This document shows positions 20,859 to 28,884 of a stretch of DNA of 61,448 nt, piece by piece. How positions within the stretch are numbered: position 1 is the stretch's first letter; each line of letters begins with the position of its first letter. A program made the position numbers and the translations under genes. The notes under the pieces were generated by a model. The model was given only the letters and a program-made list of their open reading frames with translations. It was not told the origin of the DNA and ran no database searches. The stretch comes from a virus (taxonomy: Duplodnaviria > Caudoviricetes): positions 1 to 61,448 of IMG/VR virus record IMGVR_UViG_3300036796_000121; one strand, 5' to 3'.

Positions 20859-21128
20859 TTATTTTGCTGAATTTCGCAAAAACTGAATTCCGAATCCTCT
20901 TTCTTTATTAAACTCCCTCATCCATTCATCTTTGTAAACCTGATGTAAACGACCATACAAGTTTATAGTCATTTTCTCCCTCACTATTGGTAGGCTATTA
21001 GGAACACTCGTAGGTAATGCCGCTCCTTCTATTGCTAACGTCATATATTTATCACAGAAATCAACATCGATTCCTTCATTATTTGGATTACATGTTTCCT
21101 TTCCGCACATCGGACAAATATCAACCAC
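20859..21128 (-). CDS. Hypothetical protein (Cys-rich N-terminus)
   Basis: GGAGG/GAGGG RBS; CPMC motif. Confidence 0.7.
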   Translation of the reverse strand: MVDICPMCGKETCNPNNEGIDVDFCDKYMTLAIEGAALPTSVPNSLPIVREKMTINLYGRLHQVYKDEWMREFNKERGFGIQFLRNSAK

Positions 21129-21144
21129 TTCCCTCTACCTCCCT

Positions 21145-21253
21145 GAATAAAAATCGACATTCCGTCAATACTATAGACACCTAGTTGAGACAAGACCTCC
21201 ATTAGGTGAGCAGTTAGCTTTTGCGGTTCGCGCCCTTGCTAGCTGCTCTTTTT
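21145..21253 (+). ncRNA. Putative sRNA unit A (sigma-G-like promoter to terminator)
   Basis: GAATA-17-AATACTA; CACCTA/TAGGTG stem enclosing ACCTCC; GAGCAGTTAGC...GCTAGCTGCTC-T5 terminator. Confidence 0.6.
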
Positions 21254-21513
21254 ATTTTCCCCTTTTCTACAAAATGAAATTTTTATACCAATCCTCATCA
21301 AGTGTTACAACAATTGTGTCACTCCTTGTCTTCTTCTTTTAGCCAATTCATTTTAATATAGCTATATCCTATACCTTCTAATAAATTTTTTTTTAGAAGA
21401 TTACAAACACATGTTTATTGCCCATTCCTCAAACAACCCATACCCGCATAAATTATTAAGTATCTAAAATCCATAATTGATAATTATTTTAATCAAAAGA
21501 GAGGAGTGTTAAT

Positions 21514-21801
21514 ATGGACATCAATAATCAACAATCTTATACCCCTATTGATTATTATCGAGAGCCTCAGCAATCCTTATATCCACAATCACATAACCTT
21601 CAACAACAAACTCTTACTATAATAACTCCAGCTGTTAGTCATGGGTTACGAGAAGCCCAGCACCTTGGCTATCGACATGCATTAACAGAAGCTGTTGCCA
21701 TAGGATACTTGATGGGAAGAGGTTACAATTATAATGCTGCTTGGAAAACCGTTGAGTCTTGGTGGAGACCGCCAGGGACTCCACTTCCTACGCCGTACTA
21801 A
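21514..21801 (+). CDS. Hypothetical moron protein (Gln/Pro/Tyr-rich N-terminus; sporulation-type)
   Basis: GAGGAG RBS; opposite strand to phage genes; upstream CATAAATTA sigma-K-like -10. Confidence 0.75.
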   Translation: MDINNQQSYTPIDYYREPQQSLYPQSHNLQQQTLTIITPAVSHGLREAQHLGYRHALTEAVAIGYLMGRGYNYNAAWKTVESWWRPPGTPLPTPY

Positions 21802-21891
21802 AGTTATTAATAAAGTCTTTAATTTGAAAAGTATTACTATATAGTGCACTTTTGAGTACGGAGAATTTCTACAAAATGAAGTTTTTATTAA

Positions 21892-22026
21892 GTTCACTTC
21901 CGTATAACTTTTCCAATCTTGTTTACACTACAACTGTAACTTAAGGTTACACATCATTACTTGTAGGGCCTAATTTTCTTTTGTACAACAAGTAGTTAGC
22001 TAATTAAGCTGGCTGCCTTGTTGTGC
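21892..22026 (+). ncRNA. Putative sRNA unit B1 (direct repeat of 24199-24333)
   Basis: GTATA-17-TACACTA promoter; TGTAAC/GTTACA hairpin; terminator at 21985-22024. Confidence 0.6.
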
Positions 22027-22051
22027 CTAATGAAGTCTTTATTGAATTTAT

Positions 22052-22175
22052 GAATAAATCTATAAATCCCAGACCAAACTACTCATGAGCTATTACAGAT
22101 ATAGCTCAATCTTCAAAAAATAAACGTAAAAAGTTCATTCACTTGGCAGACAGTTTTTACAATTGTCTGCCAAGT
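22052..22175 (+). ncRNA. Putative sRNA unit C
   Basis: GAATA-18-CAAACTA; TGAGCTAT/ATAGCTCA hairpin; 15-bp terminal stem at 22141-22175. Confidence 0.55.
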
Positions 22176-22187
22176 AATATTTTACGT

Positions 22188-22326
22188 ACATAATTTCAAA
22201 AACAAAATTCATACTATATATAGGTCTAAATTTCTAAATCCTCATTTCAGCCTTTGGCTTTAGACCTAATAAGTTGCTCTTTTCTCCTGAAGAGCTGAGC
22301 AGTTAGCTTTTGCTAGCTGCTCTTTT
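22188..22326 (+). ncRNA. Putative sRNA unit D
   Basis: ACATA-17-CATACTA; TAGGTCTAAA/TTTAGACCTA stem; GCTCTT/AAGAGC stem with loop TTCTCCTG; conserved terminator at 22297-22326. Confidence 0.65.
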
Positions 22327-22367
22327 ATTTAAAACAATGCCATCTGCCCACTTTTATTCTGCTCTTC

Positions 22368-22562
22368 TTATTCTTTTACTCTCTTCTCAAGCCTTTGTAT
22401 TTCTTGATTTAAAAGATGGTTCGTTTTATTGTTGTTATTCCTTGTTTTAAGACATCTCTCATGAACCACGTTGTCATATTGATCAAGTATCCATTCATCT
22501 TCAAATACCCAATCCTCACAAATAGGAAATTCAGCTATGATACAACCAGACGCCATATCCAT
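22368..22562 (-). CDS. Small hypothetical protein (possibly truncated phage gene)
   Basis: GGGGG RBS; degenerate Zn-binding pattern (PIC...HERC). Confidence 0.5.
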   Translation of the reverse strand: MDMASGCIIAEFPICEDWVFEDEWILDQYDNVVHERCLKTRNNNNKTNHLLNQEIQRLEKRVKE

Positions 22563-22570
22563 TCCCCCTT

Positions 22571-22675
22571 GAATAAATTCCTAAATTTTGTCCATACTAT
22601 AAATACACTTAATGATTGAACTTCCTTCTTAACTTTTTTGGGAGAGCAGTTAGCTTTTGCTAACTGCTCTTTTTT
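22571..22675 (+). ncRNA. Putative sRNA unit E
   Basis: GAATA-17-CATACTA (sigma-G consensus); CTTCCTTC segment; AGAGCAGTTAGC-TTTT-GCTAACTGCTCT terminator with T-tail. Confidence 0.65.
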
Positions 22676-22684
22676 AGTTTGTCC

Positions 22685-22812
22685 GAATAAAATTCTAAAT
22701 TCTGTCCAATACTATACATAGGCTGATACAGCTTGAATTCACAGTGACCTCTTTAATTTTCTTTTCCCTTTCTCTGAGGGCTTAGCAGTTAGCTTTTGCT
22801 AGCTGCTTTTTT
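22685..22812 (+). ncRNA. Putative sRNA unit F
   Basis: GAATA-18-AATACTA; pyrimidine-rich body; AGCAGTTAGC-TTTT-GCTAGCTGCT terminator with T-tail. Confidence 0.6.
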
Positions 22813-22814
22813 GT

Positions 22815-22911
22815 TCTTATTTTTCTACTTATTACATACATTTTTAACGTGTTCATTTTGTTCACTGAGTTACCTCCTATCTGTAGAGCAACCTAAATGG
22901 GTGCTCTTTTT
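22815..22911 (+). ncRNA. Putative sRNA unit G
   Basis: CATACATT sigma-E-like -10 at 22835; TACCTCCT at 22871-22878; AGAGCA/TGCTCT terminator with T-tail. Confidence 0.45.
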
Positions 22912-23011
22912 CAATTTCTCCTTCACTACAAAATGAAATTTTTGTTACATATATCTGCAGAAAATGACACCAATAATAGAAAATAAATTAGAATTAATAA
23001 CTTAATTAATT

Positions 23012-24091
23012 CTACTCTTTACTTTGTAATAAGTTATTAAAATATTGATGATTATACACCACTGCTGGATGATCTGGTATATATTTTGCTGCCAATTCAT
23101 TATAATAATATGCTTTTTCATAGTCCCCTAAATGGCTATGGCACAAGGATAATTGGAAATATGGAATCCAAGTATAGCTTGCGGGATTGCAAAGTAACGC
23201 CTCAGTAGGACAATTGATTCTGATAGCCGCTAAATACCAACGAATTGCTTCCTTATATTTTTGTTGCGCCATCATGGCATGCCCTATACCTACACACATT
23301 TCTCCTCTTGGAGTTCCATATTGAAATGTTCTCATGTATGCCTCTATTGCTTTATCCCATTTTTGAAGTTCTGCATAACAATATCCTAAATTCCCATATA
23401 CATAAATATACTCTTCCCCCCACTCCCCTTTGCTCTCTAATACATTTTTATACTGTTGAATTGCTTCATCATATTTCCCCCGAAACATACATTCATTCGC
23501 ATAATTAAACCTATCTGTATTAGTAGCTTCTTTTGCTTCAACTATGGATCGAAGAATGTTAAAATTCTGATCAATCCGCGGCCTTTCTTTACAATGAGTA
23601 ATAACTATATCACTGTGCGCTGTATTTCCTTGGACCTGTATTACTTCATGCACTTTATTAATCCATTTAAAATTTCTTGAGCGTTTAACAAGTCTATGAC
23701 GAGTTGCAATATACATCGGTTTATCATCTAAACTCACCCCCAAATGATAAAACATTGAAATTGCATCAATATCAGGATCTATTTCTTGTTTTAATTTTAA
23801 AAATTTCTGCTGATCTTTTTCAAATAGCACATCATCAGCATCTAGCCATAAAATATAATCTTTTTTTGCTTTAGAAAACGAAAAATTTCTAGCGGCTGCA
23901 AAATTATCATTCCACTTATAATCATAAATGTTATCTGTATACTTCCGAACAATATCTTTTGTTTTATCTGTAGACCCAGTATCTACAATCACTATTTCAT
24001 CAACTATATGTTTTATGGAATCTAAACACCTCGCAATAACCTGTTCCTCATCTTTTACAATCATACATAAACTAATTGTTATTTGAGTCAA
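23012..24091 (-). CDS. GT2-family glycosyltransferase with TPR repeats
   Basis: ISLCMIVKDEE, IVDTGSTD, FAAARN, WLDADD and VHE motifs followed by TPRs; TTG start at 24091 after GGGGGGAG. Confidence 0.92.
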   Translation of the reverse strand: MTQITISLCMIVKDEEQVIARCLDSIKHIVDEIVIVDTGSTDKTKDIVRKYTDNIYDYKWNDNFAAARNFSFSKAKKDYILWLDADDVLFEKDQQKFLKLKQEIDPDIDAISMFYHLGVSLDDKPMYIATRHRLVKRSRNFKWINKVHEVIQVQGNTAHSDIVITHCKERPRIDQNFNILRSIVEAKEATNTDRFNYANECMFRGKYDEAIQQYKNVLESKGEWGEEYIYVYGNLGYCYAELQKWDKAIEAYMRTFQYGTPRGEMCVGIGHAMMAQQKYKEAIRWYLAAIRINCPTEALLCNPASYTWIPYFQLSLCHSHLGDYEKAYYYNELAAKYIPDHPAVVYNHQYFNNLLQSKE

Positions 24092-24198
24092 GATAACTCC
24101 CCCCTTTGATTTACTATATTCAGGATCCAAAGATAACTTATCTACACAAATATTTTTTGTATGTTTAGACATTAAATATAAAATGAAGGTTTTATTAC

Positions 24199-24333
24199 GT
24201 TCACTTCCGTATAACTTTTCCAATCTTGTTTACACTACAACTGTAACTTAAAGTTACACATCATTACTTGTAGGGCCTAATTTCCTTTTGTACAACGAGC
24301 AGTTAGTTTTATTAACTAGCTGCTTTGTTGTGC
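24199..24333 (+). ncRNA. Putative sRNA unit B2 (direct repeat of 21892-22026)
   Basis: 135-bp near-identical copy with stem-preserving substitutions. Confidence 0.6.
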
Positions 24334-24360
24334 TTAATAAGGTTTTTATTTATTTTTCTT

Positions 24361-24476
24361 GCATAACATTTTCGCTTCTGCTCATACTATAGTTGCAACC
24401 TTAATTTACAGTGTATTGTGGGTATCGTCATTGTTGGACGATAAAGCAGTTAGTTCGTTGAGCTAGCTGCTTTATC
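24361..24476 (+). ncRNA. Putative sRNA unit H
   Basis: GCATA-17-CATACTA (sigma-G consensus); 17-bp stem GATAAAGCAGTTAGTTC/GAGCTAGCTGCTTTATC. Confidence 0.65.
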
Positions 24477-24702
24477 ATTTACTAAGTACAAAATAGCATT
24501 TTTATTACAATTCCAGATTTATGATTTCTCCTTGAAGTTCAATTGAGAGAATTCAAAAAACAAATCGTATAAAATCTATTATTTATCTATTATTTTTACA
24601 AATATAAAATTTCACCTAAGTGACACTTCACAACCTTAATACATATACTATGTACCATCTACATTTATATAAATTCCAAATTTAAAGTGAGGGAAAACAA
24701 AG

Positions 24703-24933
24703 ATGGCATCTTGTACAGGAATAGCTTGTTATTTACTTTCTAATTGGACGATAGGAACTATCATTACAGTAACAACCAAGTCTGGACAAATAATCGGTCC
24801 CGCTACTCTCTCTAATTTTTATCCAACACTTTGTTTAGTTATATTAAAAGAGGAAGATATAATAACCCCTGAATCTACTAATATCATATTTATAGGTTGT
24901 GAAGATATTGAAAGTGTTACCTTAACAGTTTAA
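24703..24933 (+). CDS. Small Cys-containing moron protein (spore-coat-like)
   Basis: GAGGG RBS; upstream AC-17-CATATACTA sigma-K-type promoter at about 24623-24650. Confidence 0.65.
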   Translation: MASCTGIACYLLSNWTIGTIITVTTKSGQIIGPATLSNFYPTLCLVILKEEDIITPESTNIIFIGCEDIESVTLTV

Positions 24934-25127
24934 TATAGTACTTCTATTATTTGAAAACTTACTATTCTATTTTTTAATTGTGTTATATCAAGCATCCTTA
25001 ACAGGGTATTTCTAATTCATTTAAAATACCCTGAACCAATCTTTTGCAATCAAATTTACTATCAAAAGAACTATTCCCATTACATATCTCAACTTTTTCA
25101 TTTCACAATTCCCTTCAAATAACGATT

Positions 25128-25253
25128 TTATTTGATATCCATTTCCTCTTGCATCAGAACTACAGTTTTAAGCATTACCTGCTCAGAGTCTTTTTCATTC
25201 AAATATGGCTTTACGATTTCTAAAATTGCAGTGATCCATTCAGATTTGTTCAC
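25128..25253 (-). CDS. 41-aa hypothetical protein (not in ORF track)
   Basis: AGGTGAGG RBS, GTG start, MNKSEWITAILEIVKPY...; stop codon lies inside the 18-bp boundary motif. Confidence 0.5.
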   Translation of the reverse strand: MNKSEWITAILEIVKPYLNEKDSEQVMLKTVVLMQEEMDIK

Positions 25254-25287
25254 GTCCTCACCTCTATCGTTAAATAAAGATATACAG

Positions 25288-25426
25288 TTGCACTTCTAAT
25301 TAGCATAGTGTTATAATGCCTTGAAACCTCCTATAGAAATTTCCATATACTTTCCTTTAGGATTTTTCATACAATCTCATAAGAGTTCTCTAATCACAGC
25401 CCCTTGACGCGCACCGTTAGGGGCTG
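25288..25426 (+). ncRNA. Putative sRNA unit I (sigma-A promoter)
   Basis: TTGCAC-18-TATAAT with extended TG; ACCTCCT at 25326-25332; CAGCCCCT/AGGGGCTG stem. Confidence 0.5.
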
Positions 25427-25459
25427 AACTCATTTAAATAAAGGTTTTGTTAAAAAACT

Positions 25460-25548
25460 CACACTCTGAGAAAAAACACATATATTATCATGTACTCTTT
25501 TACAATAAGAGTCTTGGTCTAAAGAGCGCACGGGAAAGTGCTCTTTTT
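25460..25548 (+). ncRNA. Putative sRNA unit J (sigma-K-like promoter)
   Basis: AC-16-CATATATTA; ACTCTT/AAGAGT hairpin; AAAGAGCGC/GTGCTCTTT terminator. Confidence 0.5.
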
Positions 25549-25680
25549 ATTTGTTGTTAAATAACTATTTTATTAAATTTCTCAATTCACAAAGTACTAA
25601 CTTTATAAAATGAGTTCATACATATTTATTGAATACATTTTAAATTCTTGTAAAATCAAATAATTTAGGAGCTGATTAGT

Positions 25681-25875
25681 ATGACAAGTAAACCACTAGT
25701 AATAACGCTTCCTCCTATATCAAAAACCAAAATTACATTTTATTCTTCTTCTGGCGAAGTAATTAACCACACTTTTTTAACAAACGAAACTTCAGAACCT
25801 ATAGCAACGTTTGCACATTGCCCTATAGAATTCGAAAGATTTGAAACTAAAAGAATGCCAGTCCTTATAAAATAA
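25681..25875 (+). CDS. Small hypothetical moron protein
   Basis: AGGAG RBS; upstream CATACATAT -10-like box; downstream hairpin TAATCCCC/GGGGTTA. Confidence 0.6.
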   Translation: MTSKPLVITLPPISKTKITFYSSSGEVINHTFLTNETSEPIATFAHCPIEFERFETKRMPVLIK

Positions 25876-25989
25876 TTTTTCATAGATAATCCCCTAAATT
25901 CCCTAGATTTCAGGGGGTTATTTCATATCAAATAACGCTTTTGTGCTTTTAAAACCGATTAACTATTCTTTAAAACATTGGATAAATAT

Positions 25990-26120
25990 TTCTAATGTTT
26001 CTTCTAAACATTCATGATATTATTTTGTTTAGTGACTGGTTTTCACCAACCTGAGAACTCAGTAGCTTCATCCATAGGTCCTACTCTCACCATTCCCTTT
26101 TGAGAGTAGGGCCTTTTATT
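25990..26120 (+). ncRNA. Putative sRNA unit K
   Basis: Two small hairpins, then 14-bp stem AGGTCCTACTCTCA/TGAGAGTAGGGCCT with C-rich loop CCATTCCCTTT and T-tail; promoter uncertain. Confidence 0.45.
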
Positions 26121-26229
26121 TATAAGGAGTATCCCAACGTTCTCTACATATTTGTACAAAATTCAAATTTGATATTTATCAAAATCTTCAATACCATGTA
26201 AAATTTACGTAAAGATTGCTATGACTCAG

Positions 26230-26339
26230 CCTGTCCACCCCAGAAACGTTATATAATGAATTTGCAAACACCTAGTTTGCACACAAGTACCTTTCTGTAC
26301 GACATAACTCTTTTGCTAGGAGAAATCCTAGCCTTTTTT
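26230..26339 (+). ncRNA. Putative sRNA unit L
   Basis: TATAAT at 26252; TGCAAAC/GTTTGCA hairpin; GCTAGGA/TCCTAGC terminator; shares ACACCTAGTT and ACAAG with unit A. Confidence 0.4.
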
Positions 26340-26348
26340 ATTTAATTT

Positions 26349-27125
26349 CTAAACCAAGACGTTCTCAGGTTTTATCACCATTTTCGTTTTAAATCGATAG
26401 CCCTTACTTTCTAAGTAAGCAGTAAGTACTAATGCACTTTTCCCAAACCTTTCCGCGATTGCATCTACCGTGTACCCTTTTTCAAATAGATCTAAACTAA
26501 TCCGTATTTCATCTTCTGTATAAGATGCCTGACTTTCTACTGGCCTCTCAAAAAATCCGAGATCTTCCAGTCTTCTTTTCACTGCATTTTCTGTACGCTG
26601 CAATCGTTTAGCGATATCCAAATATGTGTAGCAATTTGCTTTCACCATACTTCGAAGCAGTAACTCCTCTTCTTTGGTCCAGTGATACCCCTCCTTTTTC
26701 CTTCTATACACATCGGCATCTCGTTTCTCTTTCATCCATTTCGGTTCAGGTCCTAAAATGCCGTATTCAACCTTCGAAAAATCAACCACCTGCTTGTGTC
26801 GTTTTAACCACTCCCAAAAATCCTTGTAATAAACAACCCTTACTTTTTGAGTTCTTGCGAATATTTTTAGCCTTATAGGAAATGAAAATCGTTCGTACCA
26901 CGATTCGATTGTTTTATAACTTACATGTAATACGTCTGCTAATTGAAGCACTGTAAGTCCATTAAAATGTAATCGTGGATCACTTAACCCGATACGATTT
27001 GCTTTTAGTTTTATAGCATTAACAGTACGTCCTAACTTTTTTGCTATATGTTTAATGCTGTATGTTCCCCATGAATCCTCCAGATACACCAACTCTTCTT
27101 TTGTCCAAAGAGTAACTTTCCCCAC
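26349..27125 (-). CDS. Multi-HTH (Myb-like WTxEE repeats) DNA-binding protein
   Basis: Repeated WTKEE...IAKKLGRT..A helix-turn-helix units. Confidence 0.7.
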   Translation of the reverse strand: MGKVTLWTKEELVYLEDSWGTYSIKHIAKKLGRTVNAIKLKANRIGLSDPRLHFNGLTVLQLADVLHVSYKTIESWYERFSFPIRLKIFARTQKVRVVYYKDFWEWLKRHKQVVDFSKVEYGILGPEPKWMKEKRDADVYRRKKEGYHWTKEEELLLRSMVKANCYTYLDIAKRLQRTENAVKRRLEDLGFFERPVESQASYTEDEIRISLDLFEKGYTVDAIAERFGKSALVLTAYLESKGYRFKTKMVIKPENVLV

Positions 27126-27139
27126 CGTTTCGCCTCCTT

Positions 27140-27679
27140 TTAGTACCCGGATGCCTGACGATCATGATTGATTTTATTTTTTTCGATATACGCGTTGTAA
27201 ATTTCAATAGCTGTAAATCCAAGTGCTGCGCCTAAGTATGCTAAGTCATTCATTAATGTCATATAATGAGCTGCGGTCCATAACTTGTTTTCATATAAAT
27301 CGTTAAACACATCGATAATTTCTGTTTTTGTATTTCCTTTGCTATTACGCACTACAAAAGCATCGATATATTTATTCCATTCACGTTCTAAACCGATCGA
27401 TAAAGCAAAATGAAGCGTGTCTACAAATTCGTCTAGCAATGGATTGTAGTATTCCTTATCCTCTTCCATCATTTGACCCTCATTACGCACAGCTTTTGTA
27501 ATTGGTTTGCTATTTTCGCTCCAGAACTTATGGCCACGCCACACATGAAGTAACTCACTTAATTCATCACGAAATGATAATTTCTTTTCTTGAAACAACG
27601 GCACATTTTGTAAACCACGTTTTTCCACAATCTTGTTATCAAGTACTTTTTGAAGCTGGAATAAATGAGTGATATTCAT
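27140..27679 (-). CDS. dut: Dimeric (all-alpha) dUTPase
   Basis: ELSEL..W..HKFWS, DEFVDTLHF and YIEKNKINHDRQ motifs. Confidence 0.9.
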   Translation of the reverse strand: MNITHLFQLQKVLDNKIVEKRGLQNVPLFQEKKLSFRDELSELLHVWRGHKFWSENSKPITKAVRNEGQMMEEDKEYYNPLLDEFVDTLHFALSIGLEREWNKYIDAFVVRNSKGNTKTEIIDVFNDLYENKLWTAAHYMTLMNDLAYLGAALGFTAIEIYNAYIEKNKINHDRQASGY

Positions 27680-27978
27680 TTGTTTACACTCTCCTCTTTT
27701 TTAAACATATCTATAAAGCTTCTTACCATTCTCTCTACACTGGCACCCGTTAAGTAATTAACAAAAGATGCCGTTTCTGCGAATTTTAAAGAGTCTTTTT
27801 CTGGTATCCCTGCATACATCAACTTTTCTTTTACCGCTTCAATAATTTTTATTCTTTTCTCGTTCTTACTATTGAATTGTGCCTCCACTACCTTTACAGC
27901 TTCATCCTTATAGCAATCGTGTTCTTCCATGTAGTAATACACTTCTTTCCAGAACTCGTTGTCTTTCACCACAGACAT
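27676..27978 (-). CDS. Hypothetical protein
   Basis: AGGAG RBS; coupled to the dUTPase gene. Confidence 0.7.
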   Translation of the reverse strand: MSVVKDNEFWKEVYYYMEEHDCYKDEAVKVVEAQFNSKNEKRIKIIEAVKEKLMYAGIPEKDSLKFAETASFVNYLTGASVERMVRSFIDMFKKEESVNK

Positions 27979-27994
27979 CTCAATCGCTCCTTTC

Positions 27995-28360
27995 TTATCC
28001 CATTAGTACAATACTGACAACCGCTGCCGCGATCATATAGGAAACTACTAATGCAAGGAATTTCTTTCGTAGACTTTTATTCTTCTCACGTAATTCCTTA
28101 TTTTCGTTCATTACACGTTTTGCATAATTATCTTTCACTTTTACCTGAGACTTGTACAAATCAACTTCTAACTGTAAATCACGATTTTCTTGCATCACAT
28201 CTTTTAAATGTTGCTCTGAATTGTTCAAATAAATTACCACCTTTCGTGGTTCACCTGTTGCCATTTTCCTTTTCTGTTTGACCATTTCACGCTTTAATCT
28301 TTCCATCTTCCGATCACTTTTTCGATTCTCGTACCCCTTTCCTTGTTGTCTACCACCCAC
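27995..28360 (-). CDS. Coiled-coil protein with C-terminal TM helix
   Basis: Heptad-rich body; hydrophobic tail FLALVVSYMIAAAVVSIVLMG. Confidence 0.7.
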   Translation of the reverse strand: MGGRQQGKGYENRKSDRKMERLKREMVKQKRKMATGEPRKVVIYLNNSEQHLKDVMQENRDLQLEVDLYKSQVKVKDNYAKRVMNENKELREKNKSLRKKFLALVVSYMIAAAVVSIVLMG

Positions 28361-28385
28361 AGTCCCACTCCCTTTCCAGTAGTTT

Positions 28386-28649
28386 TTATTTTCTTAAATG
28401 CTCTAAAAATAGGTCATTGAAATTCTCGTTTTCTAGTTCTTCCAATCGTTTCTGTACACGCTCTAAACGAACTGAACCTAGTCCTAACACTTCTTTTACC
28501 GCTTGCAATGCTAATGTCCGTCCATCTTTATACGATAAAAGGGATACTTGCTGTACTTCACCTCGATGAAAGCTTTGACGTTCCCTTGTCTTCTTTCCTT
28601 CACGTTCACTCGCTCGGCGCTGTTGACGATTCAAGTTCTCGTCCATCAT
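28386..28649 (-). CDS. Hypothetical protein
   Basis: LNRQQRR N-terminal motif common in phage early proteins. Confidence 0.7.
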   Translation of the reverse strand: MMDENLNRQQRRASEREGKKTRERQSFHRGEVQQVSLLSYKDGRTLALQAVKEVLGLGSVRLERVQKRLEELENENFNDLFLEHLRK

Positions 28650-28881
28650 CTTCCCTCCATTTCTTAAAACAACTTTTGAATAATGATTCCGCGTATGGAT
28701 CCTGTGGTACTGGGTCTAATACCCCGGTCTTTTTATCTTTTCTTAATGAACTTACTACCCAAACCATGTTGTACGGTTCTCCAGCAATACTTCCTACGAT
28801 TCTCGCTGGCTTTACACGTGGTAATGCTGTTGCATGACGCTTTGCAAATAACGATTTACGTGGTCCCTCTCCTCTTCCCAC
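28606..28881 (-). CDS. Hypothetical protein
   Basis: GGAGG RBS directly after the polymerase gene. Confidence 0.6.
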   Translation of the reverse strand: MGRGEGPRKSLFAKRHATALPRVKPARIVGSIAGEPYNMVWVVSSLRKDKKTGVLDPVPQDPYAESLFKSCFKKWREDDGRELESSTAPSE

Positions 28882-28884
28882 ATG

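Noticed and set aside
24092-24223. N-terminal extension of the glycosyltransferase in the ORF track
   Set aside because: The strong RBS and family homology begin at TTG 24091; the extension overlaps sRNA unit B2.
21892-24333. 135-bp duplication as a DGR template/variable repeat pair
   Set aside because: No reverse transcriptase; the copies are not in a coding 3' end; differences are not restricted to adenines.
21208-24476. GAGCAGTTAGC...GCTAGCTGCTC repeats as a CRISPR array
   Set aside because: Spacing is irregular (about 140 to over 1000 bp), copies are degenerate, each has its own promoter and most a T-tail, and there are no cas genes.
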